From positions 134,480,001 through 134,544,000 of the forward strand of contig CM059432.1 in NCBI GenBank assembly GCA_030390025.1: a stretch of DNA of 64,000 nt. Reading direction: 5' to 3'. The notes below the pieces were generated by a model. That model saw only the letters and a program-made list of their open reading frames with translations, ran no database searches and was not told the origin of the DNA. The position numbers were made by a program, and so were the translations under genes. This stretch comes from Squalus acanthias (Eukaryota). Shown here one piece after another: positions 62,816-64,000 of the stretch; within the stretch, counting starts at the first letter, position 1; the number at the start of each line of letters is the position of its first letter.

Positions 62816-62959
62816 GTAAAGTGGTAACTATAGGTTCTTAGTAACTACAATTCAGATTTAGTAAAACATTGCAATAGATCATTCAAATACACACTTTTAC
62901 AGAATGGGAAAGACAGAACTGTGGAAGTGGTAAGGGGTCTGACACATTAAAAACAAACA

Positions 62960-63640
62960 CAATATTAAACCATGAACAGAACCCCAATACACAAAACAAC
63001 ATAAAAGTACAAACAGAACTCCAGTACACAAACACGCCATTAAACCATGAACAGAATCCCAATACACAAACACACCATTAAACCATGAACAGAATCCCAA
63101 TACACAACCACACCATTAAACCATGAACATAATCCCAGTACACAAACACACCATTAAACCATGAACAGAATCCCAATACACAACCACACCATTAAACCAT
63201 GAACATAATCCCAGTACACAAACACACCATTAAACCATGAACAGAATCCCAATACACAAACACCCATTAAACCATGAACAGAATCCCAATACACAAACAC
63301 CCATTAAACCATGAACAGAATCCCAATACACAAACACCCATTAAACCAGGAACAGAATCCCAATACACAAACACACCATTAAACCGTGAACAGAATCCCA
63401 ATACACAAACACTCAATTAAACCATTAAAAGAATCCCAATACACAAACACACCATTAAACCAGGAACAGAATCCCAATACACAAACACTCAATTAAACCA
63501 TTAAAAGAATCCCAATACACAAACACCCCATTAAACCATGAACAGAATCCCAATACACAAACACCCCATTAAACCAGGAACAGAATCCCAATACACAAAC
63601 ACCCCATTAAACCAGGAACAGAATCCCAATACACAAACAC
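62960..63640. repeat. Minisatellite with a 37-38-bp unit, about 18 copies, decaying at the edges
   Basis: Unit cattaaaccatgaacagaatcccaatacacaaacacac, starting at 63038, 63076, 63114 and onward. Confidence 0.95.
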
Positions 63641-64000
63641 ACTATCATAAAAAACACAAATCCCCAGTACAGACACACCATCAAAAAACACGGAGCCCCC
63701 AATACACAAAGAGAAGCTCCAATACACAAACACAATACACACAGCCCCAATGCACAAACACATTTATAAAAGAGCCCCAGTGGAATGCACAAACACAACA
63801 TTTTACTGAGAAAAACAATTATTAGTTTAATTGAATCCTAAGGAAACACCTCTGGCTGTTGTTACGAACCTTCGATTACAAGGGACGGCTGCTCTGATCC
63901 GTTGGGTAAGTCCCGGTATAAGCGCACAGTCTGAATAAGACGAACCCACTAATAAGATCTCCAGCAGATTGTATTAATAAGCTTTTACTTGGAAAAAAAC

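Noticed and set aside
62960..63640. CRISPR-like array or repeat ORFs
   Set aside because: Units are head-to-tail with no unique spacers, there are no cas genes, and the context is vertebrate. It is a minisatellite.

Overview
Repeat-dense vertebrate genomic DNA. The repeat families (HE1-like V-SINE, SacSINE1-like SINE, abundant CR1 and L2) point to a shark or other elasmobranch; this is an inference. The only host coding sequence I can support is the first coding exon of a Kv6/KCNG silent potassium channel subunit, most like KCNG2 (minus strand, 5087-5830). The rest is probably intronic or upstream DNA. It holds many CR1 and L2 LINEs, SINEs, about ten PIF/Harbinger-type elements, an LTR provirus with a tRNA-His-like primer site, a solo LTR, Tc1/mariner and hAT MITEs, and two tandem arrays. 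One two-gene Harbinger contains a four-level nested stack of retroelements. The most striking feature is a young Penelope-type insertion at 36326-36550: a perfect inverted repeat with 95-bp arms, a minimal hammerhead ribozyme on each strand and a 15-bp target-site duplication (TSD), right beside a CTCF-like motif. Sister hammerhead copies elsewhere in the window show compensatory stem changes. Family names come from my recognition of the sequence, not from database searches. Boundaries of old repeats are approximate.
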